Below are positions 61,060 to 64,000 of a stretch of 64,000 nt of DNA, piece after piece; position 1 is the first letter of the stretch, and each line of letters begins with the position of its first letter. The notes beneath the pieces were generated by a model, which worked only from the letters and a program-made list of their open reading frames with translations, did no database searches and was not told the DNA's origin. Source of the DNA: an uncultured bacterium (lineage in GTDB: Bacteria > Zhuqueibacterota > QNDG01 > DTFT01); NCBI GenBank assembly GCA_963736115.1, contig CAVTNR010000028.1, forward strand, positions 1 through 64,000, in the 5' to 3' direction. The position numbers and the translations under genes were made by a program.

Positions 61060-62570
61060 CTGGACCGTCTCTCCCTGCGGATGTACATCCAGATACCCGC
61101 CAGTGCGGCCGCCAGCGGCATGGCCACTACGGTGAGCAGAAAAACGGCCCGGCCCTGCTTGGCGTTCAGGAATACTCGCCTGTCCTCCGGCTGCCGGGCC
61201 CGGATGGAGATCAGGTCCTTCTCCTCCGCGAGCCAGCTGACCGTATTGAGAAATAAATCGCCGTTGCCCTGGACCCGAAAGTACGAATTATTCGCGAAGT
61301 CGGCGTCTCCGAACACCGCCAGACGCGACTGGATGCCGCCTGATTTTTTTGTCGAGACCGCGGCAATGGTGACCGGTCCCGCCAGATCCCGGCCCTTGTC
61401 GAAACGGACGTCCGGAGTCCCGAGCGTGGTTTCTCCCCAGCTGTTGGCCGATGTCCGGAGCAGAGGCTCGACTGTCCATTCCGGCCCGGGTTCCGTTTTC
61501 GGCGTCACGGAACGGCAGTACGGAAAGAAGGTCATCACCCGGAATTGATCCGTGACCGGATGCGGCGGATAGTCGGTGACCAACGGCACCTCCGGTCCCA
61601 TGCCGAACAGCTGTCCCATGCCGCTGGCGTCGATGACGACGTCGCTGCCGATGGTCATGCCCCATGCGCCGGCGAACGCTTCGAATCCGGCGACTTCCGC
61701 GTCGATCATGAACAGCGCCTTGCCGCCGCGCTCCAGAAAGGCCTGGAGCGTATCCAGTTCGGACTGAAAATATGCCTTCTGAGGGCCGCACGCGACCAGA
61801 ACGGTGCAGTCGGAGGGAATCCGCTTCTCGGTCGCAAGGTTGAGTTTCCGCACCCGGTAGTGCTCGTCCTCGATCGCTTTCCGGGCGGAGGCATAACCCG
61901 TTTTTTCCGAGGAATCAATGTCGTTCTCTCCGTGTCCGTCCAGGAAGAGCACGGTCTTCCTTTCCTCCCGGGTGACACGGATGAGCGCGTTGGTGAGGGC
62001 CTGTTCGCCTTTTTCAGTGATCTTCTGGGACTGGCCGCCGCATTCCAGCACCAGCGTGCCGTCGGTCGTGACACCGTACAGTTTCGCCGTCGAGGGTTTC
62101 CTGTCCGGATCCACGAACTCGAATTTCAGGCGGGACGCGTAGAAACGGTAGGATTTGAGAATGTCTTCGACGGGCTTCTGGTCCTGGGCCTTGACAAAGG
62201 CGATGATCCGGACGTCCCGCTTCAGGTTCTTGAGAACGTTCCGGGTCTGGGGCGAGAGGCTGAACTGCCCGCCTTTCGAGAGATCGACTCTCAGGCTGTG
62301 GCGGTTGACCGTGAAATTCACCAGCCCGAGCAGGACGAGGACCATCAGCGAGACCGCGACGGCGTTGCCGCCGTACCGGAATGAACGGAGCGAGGAAAGC
62401 CGCCGGATGTCATCGAACCGCATCACCCCGTACAAAACGACGAGCGCAAGGCCGGCTCCCGATAGAATCCATGAAAGGGCGGTCCACACCTTCCCGGTCT
62501 GGAAATGGACCAGGGCCGCGGCAATCAGGATGCCGCCCAGGAACCCGGCGATTCCAGGCAGTCTCTTCAT
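61056..62570 (-). CDS. gldG: GldG-family ABC transporter auxiliary component
   Basis: DLSKGGQFSLSPQT, FVDPD, FLDGHGE, VFGDADF..NGDLFLNTVSWL, C-terminal TM; start ATG 62570 (ATGA overlap). Confidence 0.82.
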   Translation of the reverse strand: MKRLPGIAGFLGGILIAAALVHFQTGKVWTALSWILSGAGLALVVLYGVMRFDDIRRLSSLRSFRYGGNAVAVSLMVLVLLGLVNFTVNRHSLRVDLSKGGQFSLSPQTRNVLKNLKRDVRIIAFVKAQDQKPVEDILKSYRFYASRLKFEFVDPDRKPSTAKLYGVTTDGTLVLECGGQSQKITEKGEQALTNALIRVTREERKTVLFLDGHGENDIDSSEKTGYASARKAIEDEHYRVRKLNLATEKRIPSDCTVLVACGPQKAYFQSELDTLQAFLERGGKALFMIDAEVAGFEAFAGAWGMTIGSDVVIDASGMGQLFGMGPEVPLVTDYPPHPVTDQFRVMTFFPYCRSVTPKTEPGPEWTVEPLLRTSANSWGETTLGTPDVRFDKGRDLAGPVTIAAVSTKKSGGIQSRLAVFGDADFANNSYFRVQGNGDLFLNTVSWLAEEKDLISIRARQPEDRRVFLNAKQGRAVFLLTVVAMPLAAALAGIWMYIRRERRSR

Positions 62571-63352
62571 CGGGTCCTCCACCGTTTCGATTCCAGCGAA
62601 AGATGCGTCAGGAACAGAAAGAATCCGATGAAGCTGAGGTACAGAACGATATCCTTCAGGTCGATCACGCCTTTCGCGAATTCGTCGAAATGGGAAAGCA
62701 GGGACACGTAAGCCAGAATCGAGCCGACTCCGGGACCGGCGAATTCATCAGCCCATCCGACCACCCAGAACAGCAGCAGCAGGATGATCGTGAGAAACCC
62801 GGCCACGATCTGGTTTTCCGTCAGGGTGGAGAGAAAGATGCCGACCGCGACAAACGCCCCGCCCAGCAGCAGGAGTCCGATATAGCTCGTGAGTATCTGC
62901 CCGGGTTCGGGTTTTCCGCTGAAAAACAGAACGGCCACGTAGACAAGCGTCCCCGCGATGAGAGACGCGACCAGCACGAAAGCCGCCAGGGCTTTGCCCA
63001 GCACCGTCTCCCAGTTGCGGAGCGGCGAAGTCATCAGAAGCTCGATCGTCCCGTTCCGGAACTCCTCGGCGTATAGACGCATCGTGATGAGCGGCACCGT
63101 GAAGATCAGGACGACGGCCAGGTTGTGAAAGAAGGGCCTCAGCGCCATGAGATTGACGTTGATCGGCGGAGGCGCCATCCGGTAGTACTGCGCCTGCATT
63201 TCGGAACGCAGGGCCGTGTTCAGAAAACTCGTCAGGATCGCGTAGAAAAAGAATCCCGCGATCAGGAGGAAACCCGCCATCACGGCGTAGGCCAGCGGCG
63301 AGCTGAAATAGGAGCGGAGTTCGCGCCGGAAAACGATCCACGTGTTCCTCAT
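62567..63352 (-). CDS. gldF: GldF-like ABC-2 type permease
   Basis: RELRSYFSSPLAY, PLITMRLYAEE..GTIELLMTSP, STLTENQIVA; start ATG 63352. Confidence 0.85.
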   Translation of the reverse strand: MRNTWIVFRRELRSYFSSPLAYAVMAGFLLIAGFFFYAILTSFLNTALRSEMQAQYYRMAPPPINVNLMALRPFFHNLAVVLIFTVPLITMRLYAEEFRNGTIELLMTSPLRNWETVLGKALAAFVLVASLIAGTLVYVAVLFFSGKPEPGQILTSYIGLLLLGGAFVAVGIFLSTLTENQIVAGFLTIILLLLFWVVGWADEFAGPGVGSILAYVSLLSHFDEFAKGVIDLKDIVLYLSFIGFFLFLTHLSLESKRWRTR

Positions 63353-64000
63353 GCCGGCACCTCCTCTTCCCGGGTGGTCAGGTGGAGAAAAACCTCCTCC
63401 AGGCTCATGCCCACGGGACGCATCTCCAGAAGACCCCACCCCTGTCCGACCACCAGCGCGGCGAGATCCCGCCGGACGTCCCTGCCGATTTCCGTCTCGA
63501 TCAGGTATCCGCTCCGGCGGCTCTTCTCCGTTTTCCGCAGCGAAACGGCCGTGACGCCGCCAAGGGCGCGGACCTTCGCTTCGACCGACTCCTCAGGCCC
63601 CTCCACTTCCACGTAGATGTTGTCGGAACCCCGGAGGCGCCGCGTGAGGTTCTCCGTGGTGTCCGAGGCGACAATGTGGCCCTCGTTGATGATGATCACC
63701 CGGCCGCAGGTCATGCTGACCTCGGGCAGGATGTGCGTGGAGAGGATGATGGTGTGATCCCCGCCGAGCCCCTTGATCAGCTCCCGGACCTCGATGATCT
63801 GCTTGGGATCCAGGCCCACGGTGGGCTCATCCAGGATGAGCACTTCCGGGTTGTGAATCAACGCCTGGGCGATGCCCACCCGCTGGCGGTATCCCTTGGA
63901 CAGGTGCTTGATGATGCGTCCCGCCTCGGTCCGGATGGAGGTTTTCTCCATGACCTCAGGTACCCGGGTTTTCAGCAGGCGCCGATCCATCCCCTTGATG
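63349..64000 (-). CDS. gldA: GldA-like ABC transporter ATP-binding protein, N-terminus outside the window
   Basis: LSKGYRQRVGIAQA signature, ILDEPTVGLDP Walker B, STHIL. Confidence 0.88.
   Translation of the reverse strand, partial: IKGMDRRLLKTRVPEVMEKTSIRTEAGRIIKHLSKGYRQRVGIAQALIHNPEVLILDEPTVGLDPKQIIEVRELIKGLGGDHTIILSTHILPEVSMTCGRVIIINEGHIVASDTTENLTRRLRGSDNIYVEVEGPEESVEAKVRALGGVTAVSLRKTEKSRRSGYLIETEIGRDVRRDLAALVVGQGWGLLEMRPVGMSLEEVFLHLTTREEEVPA

Noticed and set aside
1-64000. CRISPR array, prophage, integrase, transposase gene, reverse transcriptase or defence system
   Set aside because: No regularly spaced repeats and no ORF with such motifs; nearly all sequence is explained by housekeeping genes.

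Overview
GC-rich bacterial core-genome window, almost all on the minus strand with tightly overlapping genes. Gene content (PorU/PorV/PorZ-like proteins with FlgD-Ig/T9SS-type C-terminal domains, GldAFG-like ABC module, folP-cdaA linkage, MurA GGCAWGPRP motif) suggests an anaerobic diderm of the wider FCB radiation, e.g. KSB1-like; this is inference. In order: partial homocysteine methyltransferase; dnaE-murA-recN-porZ-like downstream of an FMN-riboswitch-headed ribD-ribE-ribBA-ribH operon; divergent class II ribonucleotide reductase with probable NrdR boxes plus DUF116; a ~31 kb co-directional run (tRNA-Met, tilS, ftsH, folP, cdaA, porU-like, porV-like, lipoprotein, SLBB protein, rmlA, beta-barrel, TPR protein, nadC, four-subunit 2-oxoacid:ferredoxin oxidoreductase, iorAB, two buk, two ptb, cobO, thiE, GT9, NusG-II/Gx pair); ptsI, def, thiC, dinB, rlmH; pheA with a long structured leader; MerR, deacetylase, M16 peptidase, pnp, DUF4340 and gldG/F/A-like genes. 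Several genes (tilS, GT9, porV, porU, probably the ftsH tail) carry single-base indels, mostly at homopolymers, most likely sequencing errors. No CRISPR array, integrase, transposase gene or rRNA was seen. Best leads: a T9SS-like protein-anchoring operon linked to glycan genes, an unassigned structured pheA leader, essential genes downstream of an FMN attenuator, and a divergent acyl kinase next to IOR.
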